From Hydrolagus colliei (Eukaryota): 64,000 bases of DNA. Below the pieces are notes generated by a model. That model was not told the DNA's origin. It did no database searches and saw only the letters and a list, made by a program, of their open reading frames with translations. The DNA lies in the NCBI GenBank assembly GCA_035084275.1, contig CM068758.1:5704001-5768000 (forward strand). The letters are read 5' to 3'. Both the position numbers and the translations under genes were made by a program. The first letter of the stretch is position 1. Each line of letters opens with the position of its first letter. Below are positions 1 through 13,869 of this stretch, one piece after another.

Positions 1-84
1 ATCTATTGAATCCAAATGTTTCCGATCAAGCCTAGTTTATCATTTGTCAGCAATATTAGGAATACAAGAGTTGAATCTGATGCA

Positions 85-413
85 TGTTCATATCTCTTCG
101 TGCCCTGGTACCTCTCTTCCTCTCCGACCTGCTTAATTACCAAACCACTATGCTCTGCCACCGCTCAACTCACTCCAGCCTCCTCTTGTCCCTCATGCCA
201 TCCGTGACTGTGCTTTCAGCAGCTATGCACTGGAATACTCGTCGTCTATCCTTGCTCCTTCTTTCTCCACCATAAGATCGCCCTTGAAGACCTTCCTCTT
301 CGACCACGCCTATGGTCACCTCCACCCGGCTCGGCATTGTTTTCCGTCACTGTAAAGTGTCCTGGGCCGCTACCCTGCTTGAGGGGCGCTGTATAAATAC
401 AACTTGTTGTTGT
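85..413 (+). mobile_element. L2 LINE 3' end
   Basis: Similar to 28900-29300 (cctctcttcctctccgacctgct, ttcctcttcgaccacgcc); tail ggcgctgtataaatacaacttgttgttgt. Confidence 0.75.
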
Positions 414-919
414 CTGTCAGCAAGTTAAGAGTTTTACCTGAAAATGAATAAACCTTTTAACCTGTGCTAATTTGAAGATCTGTATCCCACATCCTCAGGA
501 GCTTTGTAACAGTGCAAGACACTGGATAACTGAAGTTTACCTATTCAACAAATGTGTTCCAATAGTGCAGGGCTGCCTGAACTGCAGCCCTACCCTCTGC
601 TCGATGTTCATGCAGTCTGTTAACCTTTTGGTTCCACTGATTGAGCTGCTCCCTGGTACCCTACTCATTGGATCATTCTTCATGTGCAAGGCTGTGCAGT
701 GAGAATGAAAAATTACTTGAATCACAAACCAGGAATTATATCTGGAACCTTTGTAATGTGAATAGCTTAGTGCTACAGCATGCTGGTCATTTAGTCAGTA
801 AGGAATTACTTTCCACCTAGACTTTCGTCTTAATTGAATATTAGAATTGAAGAAAATTCTTAAATTCATTTTTAATTTGGAAGTTGGTTCTTTTTAAGAA
901 CTGTCCAGAAGGAACACTA

Positions 920-1075
920 TAATAATAATATAATAATAATCCTTCCATTTGATATCGTGCCTTTACATGTCTTCGAGATGTCTCTTCACAGAACATACTG
1001 TAAAGTGAATTGGCTATATTTTGAGGGTGAAACACAGCAGCGAAATGTGCACATAAAATTGTGGATTGAGTGGGC
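920..1075 (-). mobile_element. Family A SINE 3' fragment
   Basis: (taa)n-ccttccatttgatatcgtgcc..cacagaacatactgtaaagtgaattg. Confidence 0.8.
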
Positions 1076-1779
1076 AAATTATTATAATAAGTGAAAGAAT
1101 AAGGGACCTGATCATAAGGTGGAGATGGTAATGGATAGAAAGCATTTTTCTTGAACATCACCAGAAAGTTTGTGGTTCAGTACATATTGTGCATTTGCTA
1201 ATGCGCTACAAATTTACTCATGTCCCATGAAAACTTTGTTTTATTGGAGAAGGAGCAGACATTGTTACCCAATTTTGGTGCGTATTTTGGCACATGGCTT
1301 TGTTATTTCTCTAGTGCTTTAGTTCCTGCATTCCTAAGCCACACCTGCTCACAATTTCAGTCTATAAAAGCTTTTTGAATGACAGTTGTGTAGTTATAAG
1401 CCAAATTCACATCGTCTTCAAGATTCTGGGACAAAAAAATATTATTTTATGCTCAATGGTCTCGCCATGCACATATATTTATACACATTTTGAATATTTC
1501 ATTATGGGGGAGAAAAGGAAGATGAATCTATTTGTGGTCAATAGAGTGACAGATATTGATAATAGAATGTTTTCTTACTTCTATACACAGCACCTGCAGG
1601 TCAGGCAGGTACAGCACAGGTTAGATATCTCCTTGGATGTCAGACACAACCTAGATTAGCTAGAGTATAAACCTTCTCTTCAGATGCCCATTCTATAATT
1701 GCAGGTCAAGTACAACACATGTTAGATACAGAGCAATGTTACCACTACAAGAACGGTCAATGGAGGATTCCATTCCAAA

Positions 1780-2300
1780 CAGAAGCAAATTTCCGTTTTC
1801 CTCATCCGTCCACTATGTGGTCCAGTGATGGACAATTTAGTGCCAAATTAGAGCCCTGAGGAATGTGCATGTGATAGTGGTGGGGGGGTATAAATTGTTC
1901 AATGAGTAGAGATGCTGGGATAGATAGGATTGAAACCAGGATGAAGCAGAGGGAAGAGGCGGTGGAAGATAGAATAGGCAATACTGTCAAAGGCAGCAGA
2001 GAGTTCAAGGGCAACGAGGCAGCAGAGAGGAGATGGACAGCATTTCATTTGTGAATTTGACCAGGGCAGGCTCATGGCCGGGGGCAGACAAAGAGTGTTG
2101 AGAAAGAACAAAGATGAGAATTGTGTACAATGCATTGGAAATGTATCGGTAGCAATCTGACAAGCTGGAAGTTGGCCTCACTTATAACACAGTCTATGAG
2201 CCAGAAGACCCATCTGACCACACTATAATGAAGTTTCCCTATAGTTACCACTAACTCCTCCACACTCTGCCATTTCCTAATCCTGGGAGAGGCCACATAA
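1780..2300 (-). mobile_element. Degraded L2 reverse transcriptase fragment
   Basis: Minus-strand LVALELSAAFDSI and IPQGS..L motifs across frameshifts. Confidence 0.7.
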
Positions 2301-3269
2301 AATAGTTTCTGATAAAAGACATATGTTCACACGCTCTAGAGCCTAAGTAGATAAATAGATCTACAGGGTTCTGTAGTTCATTTGGAATCCTCTAATCCCA
2401 ATACCAAGCCAGACAAAGCCTATAAAAGTCAGTCTGGTTTATGATGTCAGGTTAAAGTTTCAGTATCATGTTGACATGGGCCTTAGATAAGGACAGAGCT
2501 CACTGTTGCTGGTTACATTGTACTTAAGAAAGTGAAATATTGCCGCTCCTCGGGTTTCAGCATCTACAGGCTAATAATAGAATATAGATAGTTATGATGT
2601 GGAATTCACACCATATTTTACACCATGGGTGTGGATTTTCCTATTCAAGAAAAAACAACTTGCCTTTGCATAGCACACTTCATCAACAACAAATTGCATT
2701 TACTGTATAGTGCCTTTCACATTGGGGGAATTATTGGCTATGACAGAGAGAGATCTTTAAATAGATCCCCAAATTAATCTTTAACCTTCATCAGATGGGT
2801 GCTAGGCAGATGAGTGCTAGATTTAATATCACAATCAAAGGACAGCATCTCTGACAATACGGTACTCCCTTAATACTCAAGTCCTGGCTCAAATCCACTA
2901 TCTTAAGATCACAAAGTGTGAATGCTACCAATTGAATGAGACCTAATATGATTTTGACTTCTGCCTGAAAGGTTATCTCATCTTATCTCAATACCTTTCA
3001 ATATGAATCCCTCACTTCAGCCTGGTATGTTGTACAGAACACTTCCTTGTGCTGGAACACTCAAACTTACAGAAGCATAGCTTTATGTTTCTAGCCTCCT
3101 CTTTATTAAGCAGTGAAATAGTTCTGTCGCTATTTATTTATTCTGAAACTCTTCAATAAACGCGAATATTTCTATCAAATCTCCTATTAACTTGTTTTGA
3201 ATCCATATAACAGCAATCTATCAGCATTCACACTTTACCTTTTCTGTTCTGAAATTGAAGTCAAACGCA

Positions 3270-3650
3270 GAACATCATTGAATCAGACATGGAGATCAAT
3301 TGGTCCATTGTATATGTGCTGTGCTAGGTTACTGATTGGTAGCATCTTCTGTAATCCTATTTAGTTCTATTTTCCCCACACCCTTTTATATCTTTAATTT
3401 TCAACTGTTCATCAAATTTCCCTTTAAAATAGCCTCCAGTGGTAATGCATTCCTCATGCAAATAACCTTAATGTGAAAACAATTCAATTAACCTCCCCTT
3501 TATGCTTCTAGTAATAATCTAGAGCTGATGTCCCGTGTTTCGTCCACCAGCGGGAATCATCTTTCACTATTTACCTCTTAAAACATTTTATAATTTCAAA
3601 TTTTTCTGTTCAATCCCCACTTAACTGTCTGTGTTCGAGTAAATATTTTC
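3270..3650 (-). mobile_element. Old CR1 LINE 3' end
   Basis: Reverse-oriented CR1 3' features (ttttccccacacc, tcaaatttccctttaaaa, tttataatttcaaatttttctgttcaatcccc). Confidence 0.55.
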
Positions 3651-4477
3651 TTGCAAATAGGAATGAAATACAGCGAGTGGAGGAAAACATAAATGGCATT
3701 TAATTTGGACTCTTTGAATGCCAATTCGCTCAGCTGTTTACATCATCAGAGTTTAACCTTAATTGGAATATTAACCCTAAATAAAAACTCACAGCACACA
3801 GGAGGTTTGGCTACCCTGACTGGAAGGGCGGCTGCTTTGTGCTCCGTATTTTATTTGTTCTGTGGAGTTTTGCCAGAGTGGTAAACAATATGAGGAGCGG
3901 CAGGTGTTGGAGCGTGGACCACAGTCCTGATTTACCTTCATTAACCACTCACCTGCAGTAAAATGGCAAAGAACAGTAAAGAAAATCCAACTCCAGTTAG
4001 TGTATTTTCCAGTATTGTAGCAATGTTGTTGCTACAGACATTTGGAGTCACTTGCACTCCCCATACTTCTGGATAAGGTCCTTAAAGAACACATTGGACC
4101 AAGTTTCTCAAAGACTTAAGTCAACAAATGTCAAGAGCTCTGGGATCCTCAGAGTCATATACCACGGATGCAGGAATAATGAGTCAGGGCCACCATGTTC
4201 AGCCCAGATGACTGCCACAGGATCTCAGGTGCATTAGAAACGCAGCACAGAGATCAGATGCTTCACGAGGAGAGAAGAAAAGCATGATAAACTCAGCTCC
4301 AAGAGAATACAAGAAATATGTGGGAGTAGGGACTATTGCTTAGCTGCGGAAATGAACATTGATCCCATTTCAATTGAGTGTGTCTGATCACTGTGGCATT
4401 TTATTTACTGGAGTCTACCACAGGCTAATTGTGGAAAATGTACATTTTTGCTACGTGAAATAAAAAGATCACAATTA

Positions 4478-4605
4478 TAAATAAATAAATAATCTTTGCA
4501 TTTGATATAGCGCTTTTCATGTTTTCTAGACGCCTCAAAGCACTTCCACAGAATATACAGTACTGTAAAGTGAAGTGACTGTACACTTGTGGGTCAAAAT
4601 GCAGA
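4478..4605 (-). mobile_element. Family A SINE 3' fragment
   Basis: taatctttgcatttgatatagcgcttttcatg..actgtaaagtgaagtgactgta. Confidence 0.8.
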
Positions 4606-5297
4606 AATTTTATTAATTAATTGCTAATAAACCATCTGTGTGATAGACTTTATTGCATTATTCTACATAAATATGATCCACCCCAGCAACACAATTCTAT
4701 TTTATGACTTGTTTCAAGTTCCTTGGCACTTGAATCTGTGCAGAGGAAAATGATGTGCATGAAATTAAACTTGCCCGAGGCTGGCTTTTAAATGGGCCAA
4801 ATTCAAATAGTGCTGCCGGTTCACATTTAGACACAAGTCGAATTCCATCTCATGAACTGGAGGCATTTTGACCCATGCAGCCCACTCCAGAGAGTAAAAA
4901 AACATTAAAATGCATCTGGCCCCTTCAAACACTTATGTCGAGGTCTGCAAATAGTACATACCATTTGCCGTCTTATTTGATTTGTACAGTACTCCAGTAG
5001 TTTTCCCTTCCACTCCTGATGGTACTGACTTGCATCGGAGTGCCATGTATGCATCGATTCACAATAAGTGTTTGGAGGACAACACGCAGCATGAAAGCAA
5101 AATCCGATGCTGTCCTCACCATTTGTGTTCAATAGTGATCAGTGGCAAAACAAAAATCAGCAAACTCAGCACAGACCAAGGATTTACTCGGAACATCTTT
5201 GTTCTATATGGGGTGCATAACGCCATCAGAATTTACCTGGTCTGTGGAAGATGTGAGTTGAATGGTCTAATGGCTTTTTCTCTTGTTAATGATGGTA

Positions 5298-5525
5298 CGG
5301 TAAAATCTCGATAATCCGGCACGATTGGGGCCACTCACTTCCTGGATTTCGGAGCTTGCCGTTATATAAAACCTACCCTAGAAATGGCTGGGGAAGCCTT
5401 TACCCATACACCACGTGAGCTGTAAACACAACAGACAACGTAATGAATGCTGTTTGTATTTTGAAATCTTGCCGGTTTTAGGGAATTGCCAAATTTTGGA
5501 ATGTCAGATTATCAAGGTTTTACTG
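5298..5525. mobile_element. Tc1/mariner (pogo/Tigger-like) MITE, ~228 bp
   Basis: Left end TA|cggtaaaatctcgataatccggca; reverse complement of the right end cagtaaaaccttgataatctgaca. TA on the left, degenerate on the right. Confidence 0.75.
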
Positions 5526-5529
5526 TTAT

Positions 5530-6010
5530 ATCCATCACGTTCCTTTGTTCTTATGCTCTACAAAATTGCCCATCTCCGCCACTGCCTCATCCCTCAGGCC
5601 GCTGAAAGCCTTACATGAGTGTGTGTCACCTCAAGGCTCGACTACGACAACTCCATCCTTGTTGGCCTCCGCAACTCTTCCCTCCACAAACTGCAAATCA
5701 TCTAAAACACCGCAGCTCATGGACTCTCCCGCACCGGGCACTGTGACCCCATCACCCCCACCCTTGCCCGGCTCCACTGGCTCCCCATTCCTCAGAATTC
5801 AAGATCCTTGTCCTTACTTTCAAGGACCTCCACAGCCTTAGCCCACTTCGACCATGCCTTCAGCTGCCCTCCTTCCTCTCTGCCCTCCCTTCATCCCTCA
5901 TCCCAATCCTCCCCACCATGCATGGGTCCCGTCCCCTGACTGTCTGTAGAACTTAGGATGTCCTCTTGACATGAAAGGTGCTCTACAAATGTAATTTTGA
6001 TGTTGTTGTT
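5530..6010 (+). mobile_element. L2 LINE 3' end
   Basis: Clear similarity to 28650-29300 (cactgcctcatccctcaggccgctgaa, tcaaggctcgactac); tail tgaaaggtgctctacaaatgtaattttgatgttgttgtt. Confidence 0.85.
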
Positions 6011-7790
6011 CCATACTAATCAGCTTTACTAACTGAGCCATTGAGCAAGGAACAGAGGAAAGGTGATAGCTTTCTTTCTTTTACAGAAATCATTATCAGT
6101 GAATTGATGGCACCCAGCACGCTGAGAGGGGCATCTGCCTTCTCTGTCTTGACTAGTTACTTCATCAGTAGCAGTCCATTAAGCAAGTGGTTTGGGCCGG
6201 ATTTCCTATAGATGGGTTAGGCACAAAGCCTCAGCCTACACCTGTCTCCACAAGCAACGGCCCTTCTCTCACTCACTTCGTAACTCAAACACACACAGGA
6301 AGTTTCCAGCCCGTGGCCTCTGCTGGGCACTTGAACCAAAATGTGATTTAGTGGTGTTTCTCCTAAAGCCACAGTCTCTTTGGCAGTTAGCAATACACAA
6401 ACCTTGATTTACGACCGACAGGGAAAAAAAAGTCCGCTCTCTTAAAAAAAGAACACTTCACACTTCAGGAATCCTCAAGTGTTTGTTCAGAAATGAAAAT
6501 TTCCTAAACTATGCGACCGATTCCCCCCAGAGTTTGGAATGATTCTGGGGAACACTATTATATCCTCAATCAAAACCAAACTAAAATTGAATTCTGATAA
6601 ATTTCTCTAAACAGAATATGTATCATTAACTCACAACAATAAATCATTGAGGTTAGGATTTGACTCGTACCACAAACTAGGTGTACTAAATCCCACCAAA
6701 CTAAAGGGTTCACAAAAGCATCTGTGGCCTGAAATAAAACCCAGCCTTAAAATCATGTTGCCTTAAAAGTTCAGATTACAACAACAACTTGCATTGATAT
6801 AGTGCATGATATATATGTGGGGTAGTGTCCTAGTGCGCATAATTACCCAGTATAATGGAACATGTTTCAATTTAGTCTTAATTTGGAAGCTGTTTTCCTG
6901 GAGTTCTTGAAAAGAACCAATTTACAAATCAAGAATGAATTGAAGAATTTTGTACAATTTTGGATAATCTTAATCTTTTATGACACAAATTGCCTTACAG
7001 GCTAAAACTAGGAGAAATTTCAAGCTCATGGTTGAAACCCTTTGCAGGACTGAGATGATTCTTAGATTGTGTTACACAAATCCAAAATTTTATACTCAAC
7101 GTGCCAATTGCTGCTCTTTTAATTTTCTGCTTACCTTATGCAGCCTAGTGTTGGCCAGATGAATATGAATTCAGCCTGGTGTCACAGTGACTTGATCTGA
7201 ATTTGATTCCTTTGGATTTATAGCTGACGCCCAAGAGGTTCCTCTGCCCTAAGGGTCTCAGACAGCAATATGAATGTTCGCTAAATTCTTTAAAAAAAAC
7301 ATTTATAGCTTCAGTCTTCAGATCAGTATCGGAATGTGATGTTGGCCTGAAATGAACCTTTTGCTCCTTAGCCACAGCTTTATACTTCCAAAACCCAACT
7401 GGAGTCAAAAATCCACTTATTTGTAAAGTGGACCGTTGCAGATCCAAATGTAAATTTGATGCCAAATTCTCTACTTGGTAGAATGCGCCCTAATATCTCA
7501 CTGTTAACTCTTTGCTGGCTCGAGGTTAAATATGTAGACTCATCTTTGGCAAATTGATTAATTAAAAGATTGTATTACCATTGGAATTTCCATGCGTCGA
7601 TTTATTTGTAATACCTTAATTTTCTCAATTCAGATCTGCTAAAGATATGCCCATTCCTTTAAACCAAAGTAGGTAACTAAATGATGCACATAGCAATATT
7701 GGTTTGCATATCAGACAAGAGACGTGTATCTCTGTACTGTACTGGGAAAGAAGAACAGTTGATGTTTAACAGCAAAACCAACTTCTATGT

Positions 7791-7935
7791 GTCAGACTGG
7801 TTCAGCTGGCAGCACTCTTGTCTGAGTCAGAAGGTTGTGGATTCAAGTCCCCTTTGGGATGTGTGAGATAGGAAGCTGGAGTTGATCCATATTGTTAGGG
7901 GCCGAGGCACATTGCTGGAGCAGACAGAGTTTCAA
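7791..7935 (+). mobile_element. DeuSINE 5' (tRNA-like head) fragment
   Basis: gtcagactggttcagctggcagcactcttgtctgagtcagaaggttgtggattcaagtccc. Confidence 0.65.
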
Positions 7936-10496
7936 TGGCAATCAAACTGCCAATCCTATCTAGACTCACAAAATTGCCCATTAGAAAAAATATTTGACTA
8001 CTCTGGTTTCCATGGAATTATCCTCAGTGTGGACCAGTATCTTTGAAAATGGAGCAGACGAAAGGGAAAAGGAAGGGTTGAGGAGAACTTTGGAGAAAAG
8101 CAATTTTAAAAAGTGTGCACAAGGTTCCATAGCAAGCAATAGTAGCAACACTCCCCCAGATTGAGGAGTTTTAAGGAACTGTATTGCAGCTCCTATAGGG
8201 ATTATAATTCACAATTCAGTCATAAAAGATTGGCGGCTTTTACTCAGAGTTAAAGCTGCCTATCCTTTGAAGTTGCATTTTCTGGCATCAAAGGATATCT
8301 GAAAATCCAAATCTCGCCTTTTTAAAACAGTTTTCTGGAAAATAAAGTTCTGCCAAAACCTCATACTTTCCCAAAAAGCAGTGCCCACCTTCTGAATTTA
8401 ATTTACTTAGAAAATAAATTTGTCAGGAGACTCAGAGAAAGGAAACAGCACTGTTTAGTGGTAGGTCCAGAGAGAAAAGAGAATGGGTTTACTTCCTGCT
8501 CACTGAGTCGAAGGGCCATGAATACATCTAAAGGTGTTTAGATGTGGGTGTGCTGGATGGAGTAGAGGGAGCGTTATTCTGTTTGTAACCCATACTGTAT
8601 CTTATCTTGGAGCACTCAACACCGATACAAACAGCCAAAAGTTACATTCCCGAGCGATACAATCAGTGCTCTTCAGCAATAAGCAATAATCTCCCCCCAA
8701 AGATGTAATTTTGGTGCAGAGCTGAAGTCAAATATCATGTAAAAAGGTCCTTTCTCCCCAATGTCATTCTCTCTGTGCTTTTGACGCTGAATAGTGGTGT
8801 CCTTTGAAATTTTTCCTCTAATTTGCAGCAGCTCTTCCATTTGATGAGTATGCAGCCTTGTCCAGGTGTCTTGTGTTTTACCGAAGCTCTTGCATCAGTT
8901 CCTCTAATGTGTGGGCTTCCATTTGCAATCCAAGATAGTACAATCTGGAGAATAGTTCAACAGTGTGATGGAGTGGGAAGGATGCCTTAAAGTAGCAGCT
9001 CCTCATGAGAAAACATATCAGTTCGGTTTAAAACTTTTTAGGCACAGAATTGGGGGTGGTGGTGGAGGGGGTGAGGGATTTGGGGGAGGAAGAGAGGGAA
9101 TATGATGATATATAGAAAATAAATTTGCTTCGTTCTTAAATAAGAGTTCCTAAAGTATTTTCTATTCCTTTACTGTTCACGGACAAAAGCGAGCCTTATT
9201 TTCACCGCCCATAACTAACTTCAGAAATCCTGCTGCTGGATTTGGCTGCAATCGAATTGTTGAATTGTTAAGATTTAACTGGATTAGGTGGACTGTTCTT
9301 AACAACTGTTACAGCCATACTTACATTTCCTGTTCTTATGCCCATATCTTCACACAAAGCTCTCCCTCATTTTCTCTCATCTCATTCAAATTCATTGGCA
9401 CTTTATCCAGTGTTCACACAATTATAGTTCCAATTCACACATAGATTATCCCAATTTTACTATTTAATTTCCCAGTCCATTTCCATTACACTATAGAAAG
9501 GGGAGTGTCAGTCAGGAAAAATAGTGCATCCTGTGTGTCTAAAAGCATTGTTGTTGAGATTGTGAATAAACAAACGCAAGGTAGATAATTTCAAAGTCTC
9601 CTTTCCTCATTCTCTTCAGTGCTCCCTATCATTCCTAAGTGCTTCCAGAAGTTGATTCAATGTAAAAGGTACTATCCAAAATATTAAAAGAAATACACAG
9701 GTAGGTGAAAAACGCAATGACTACTGTTTTCAGTCACACTCGGTTGCTGCTTGCAGGCCTACACTCTTCAGTAGCAATGGCTCTTATGCTAAGCAAACCT
9801 GACAGCCAAAATATTTTGCGTATGCTTTGAACTCTAAATGCATCAAGACAGTTTGAGTGTTATTCCCCCTGAATTACAGGAAGCAATGTAATTCAAATCA
9901 GCAGCTGCATTTCCTTGCTTCCTATTTTTTTAACCATTCTATTAACTTATTTTAAAGTTATCCCTAACTAAATTTATTGATCAATAGTTCCTTACATAGG
10001 TTTGTGGGAACGCCTGGTCTCTGTCATATTTAACAAGTATTGTATTTCCATGTTATCCTCAGTCAATTTGCATATAATCTTACATGTTAACACTTCAATG
10101 TGACAGATGAGCAGGATTATTTTCTCTCAAGCACTCTTGGGGTGGGGAGAAATCAATATGTATTGGTTCACTGCACCATTCTTCCGGGAATGGGAGCGAG
10201 GAGTAAAGGTTAAGTTTCTGAAAAGGGTTGGTTAATTCAAATTACAGCAAATGCCATGCAGTATCATGGTCCAATTGTGCCTTTAGTTGTTTCAATTTTA
10301 AATGATCAATTTGGTGATAATCATGAAAGATCTTTCCAAAAATGAAATGTAATTGATTTGTGAACTATTCCACCTTGTGATCATTTTTTTGAATGCTAAG
10401 ATGGAGCCAGTTATTGATTTGTTCTCATTCAGGAGAGAGAATCAATGCATGGACGTATCTGTACACACTTTATATAATGCAGTAATCATTCTTATG

Positions 10497-10730
10497 ATTC
10501 CTGTAGCACATTGGTTAGAGCACACGCCTCACAAGCAACAGGACCCAGGTTTGATTCCTGGGCAAGGCAAAACTTAGGCAAGTTTCCTTACTCCACCTTC
10601 CTCTATTTATGTAGCAGTAAGTATGAAACTGGGTGTAAGTAGATGGGCAGATCGCTTACTGTGGGCAATAATCGCTTAATTAAAAAAAAAGTAATCATAC
10701 TTTGGTCACTCAATCCACAACTGTTTGTGG
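10497..10730 (+). mobile_element. Family A SINE 5' half, ending at a fold-back hairpin
   Basis: tcctgtagcacattggttagagcac..ggtttgattcctgg head; body matches the 43104-43470 copy. Confidence 0.85.
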
Positions 10731-10748
10731 ATTGAGTGACCAAAGTAT
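10697..10748. repeat. Perfect hairpin, 24-bp stem and 4-nt loop
   Basis: atactttggtcactcaatccacaa-ctgt-ttgtggattgagtgaccaaagtat. Confidence 0.95.
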
Positions 10749-12480
10749 TGAGTGACTCAACAACGTGATAAGACGCTGTATCAAATTCAAGGATTATCAT
10801 TAATATTATTGTACTCGGCCCAGATTTACCTGTTGGTTTAAACACTGGAACAATAACAACCAAATCATTTGTATAGCACCTTTCACGTCGGGAGGACATC
10901 CCAAGATGCTGGACAGTCAGTGTTTCGGACCCGAGCTGCACAGACCTATCACCTCTTGGTCTTAGATCTGAAGGATTTACTATTATAAAGATAAACTCCC
11001 ATGTAAGTTCTATTGTACCTCCCAGGCAACAGAACAAAAATACTATGCTGGGTGATTTATACTCTTTTAAGGTTTCTATTCCTAACCTTAACCATAAATA
11101 CAGTAAGTTGATTTATTTCCTTTTAACATTGACAGCATTGCCCAATCATGTGAACGACCTCCATTGAACCATGCCTGGGCACTCTGTCGCTAACCCTTGC
11201 AATTCAGAAGCATGTGTCAGAACATTCATTTTGACAAATGTGTACCTTCTGGATGGCATTGAGTTCCACTCAAGTAGTTAACTTCAGTCCTGGTGAGGTG
11301 CAGGGAGTACAAACACAGGAATGATCTGAATGTGCAACATTCAGTGGGGAATATAGTAACAGCGAACACAACGGCATCAAAGTCTGACCGTCTCTGGTGG
11401 GATTTCGCAGCTTGTTTTGCTTTCGTTCACTTCTGAGAAATTTCATATAATTTGATTAAATGTATAATGCCTGCTATAGACCGACTTCACACTCGAGAAC
11501 ACGGGCTTCAATATTATTGTATGGATTAAATTCCGTTAGTCGTATGAACCACAAAAAGCTGGGTGTGTGCAGCTAACAGGGTAAGTGTTGGCAGGCTGCA
11601 CGCTGAGGGAGAATAAGAAAAACCACAAAGGGTCCACCTGTGCTTGCGGTGGAAGTAGAGTACATCCAGCTCCCCAACTCTGTCGGCTCAATACCTAGCC
11701 ACCACCCTGTGTTTCTGAATACATCTCCACTGATGTGAATCCAACTCCCTCACACTCTTGGACTCAATAATGTCTCCCAGCCCAGCACCCTTGTTACCCT
11801 AAGGGACACAAATGAAGAAAAACACAAGGTAGTAAACAAGCTACCAATACACTTTATGTAAGCTCAAGGAGCTAAAAGAGAAACAAATTCCCCAATCATA
11901 ATATTCTTAGACAAGTTATTTGTGAACCACTGATAGATATTTTATAGAATTCTGCAGCACAGAAGAAGCCTTTCTACCCCACCATACCTGTGCTGGCTTT
12001 ATGTAGGTTCCCTTTTTAATAATTATTATGGATTTGTTGCTTCAATTCCTCAATTTTGAGGGAGTCAAAGAACACAGAATATCTGATCAGATAGAAAGAA
12101 ACAAATGAGGTTTCTGTCTTTATTCAGGTTGACAGAGTCATGCCTTGCAAATTCAGTATGCACCAATTAGGCTGACCTCAATAACTAGAAAATGAATGGA
12201 ATCAATCATCAGAAGCAAATGGAACATTAGCTACATGAAAAAAAACGTATTGAGAGGCAGAAAATCAGGTCTGAAACACTGATTGTCCAGCGCCTTGGGA
12301 TGTCCTCCTGATGAAGGGGCTATACAAACATAATTTTGTTGGAAAATTCCCCAAAATACTATACTTGGGGTCAATGTAAAAATATTCCTAAATCATTTTT
12401 GTGGAATCTGCACAGGTTAAGATTTTGATAGCAAGAAACTGCAGTGCAGGGCATCAACAAGGTGCAAAAAGGAGAGAGAA

Positions 12481-13100
12481 CAACAACAACTTGCACTTAA
12501 ATAGAGTGGTGGGTAGATGGGAGGTTACCGTAAGCAGGGCTGAAGAGGAAATTCTTTAGGAGGAACTTGAAAATGGAGAGAGAGGCGGCAAGGCGGAGGA
12601 ATTGAGTGTACCAGAGTATCGGGCCGTAATGGCTGAAAGCATGACATCTGATGGCCAGACGAGCTGAAACGCCATGTTGCGGATTGGGGAGTGAGGAGGT
12701 TGGAAGGTGCCAGGTAGTGAAGAAATTTGAACATAAGTCTGAAGATCTTGAAATCGATCCGTTCGGTGATGGAGAGCCAGTGGAGCCTGGCCAGAACTGG
12801 TGAGATGTGGGAACGGAGTTTCTTCCAGATAAGTATGTGGGTTGCGGGGTTCTGAATGAGCTGAATCTTTTGAATAGTGGAGCTGGGGAGGCTGGCAAGG
12901 AGTGTGTTTAAGTTTGAGAGAAGATGAGATAAATCAAATAATGGTCCAATAATGTCAAACTTGGGTATTAAAAGTAGTCCGAGTGTATGAGAAAAGGAAG
13001 ATTGAGGGAGGTAGGAGTTACAGTCTTGACACCCAGGGGAAAAATTAGAATGAGAGATGGTTTGATGAGTTTGCATTCAATGTAGAGATAGTGTAAGGAG
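12481..13100 (-). mobile_element. L2 LINE 3' fragment
   Basis: Minus ORF LLASLPSSTIQKIQLIQNPATHIL..SHISPVLARLHWLSITERIDFKI; (caa)n tail at 12481. Confidence 0.88.
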
Positions 13101-13869
13101 AATGCAAGATATGCAAGGCAGTAAATTTGGATCAACAAGACAGGAAAATTCAGTAAGTATTTCATTTATACTTGGAAAGTTAGTAACTTTGAACAGTATT
13201 CCACATGGGTGGCTTAATGTACCAGGTAGCAAGTTAAAACTTACAAGAGCCAAAATGTGGTGGGTTGCATTTGGCAGTAACTGTAAGTGGCTGCTGCCAC
13301 GAACCTACCCAAACTGATTGCCAACCCAGTGAACTAGAAATAATTATTTTATTTCTACCCGCGTGATTGAGAGTCAAAGTGATTGGATCTGAAATTTGCC
13401 ACTGTGCAAAGAATTCATTTCACACATCAGCTATTTCCAATGATTATCTACAATATCTCTCATTTCCATACAGTGTAACATATATGGAAACAGGCCATTC
13501 AGCCCAACTCGTCTGTACCTGAAAGATTGTAGCAATGATTTCCACTCAGTTACAAACCCAGGATCTTTTGCATGTGAGACGAAAAAAGAAATAAATTCAG
13601 GCAAATGGAGCTGGAATATTGCAAGACATTTTGCAACTTTGGGACCAGCCAGGTAGACCCCAATGATCTTTTCTAGAACCGTGCATTCTTATAATCTCCT
13701 TTCACAGACAGAACGGCAAATAAACCAACGTAGAGAGATTTACATAGGCAGACCGACAAACTCCACAAAAGCAGAAAGAAACACAAACATAGACAGAGTG
13801 TGCAATACAGTTTCAGACCATAGAATTGTAAAAATCCATGATATATTAGAGGTACTCAACACGTTTTAG

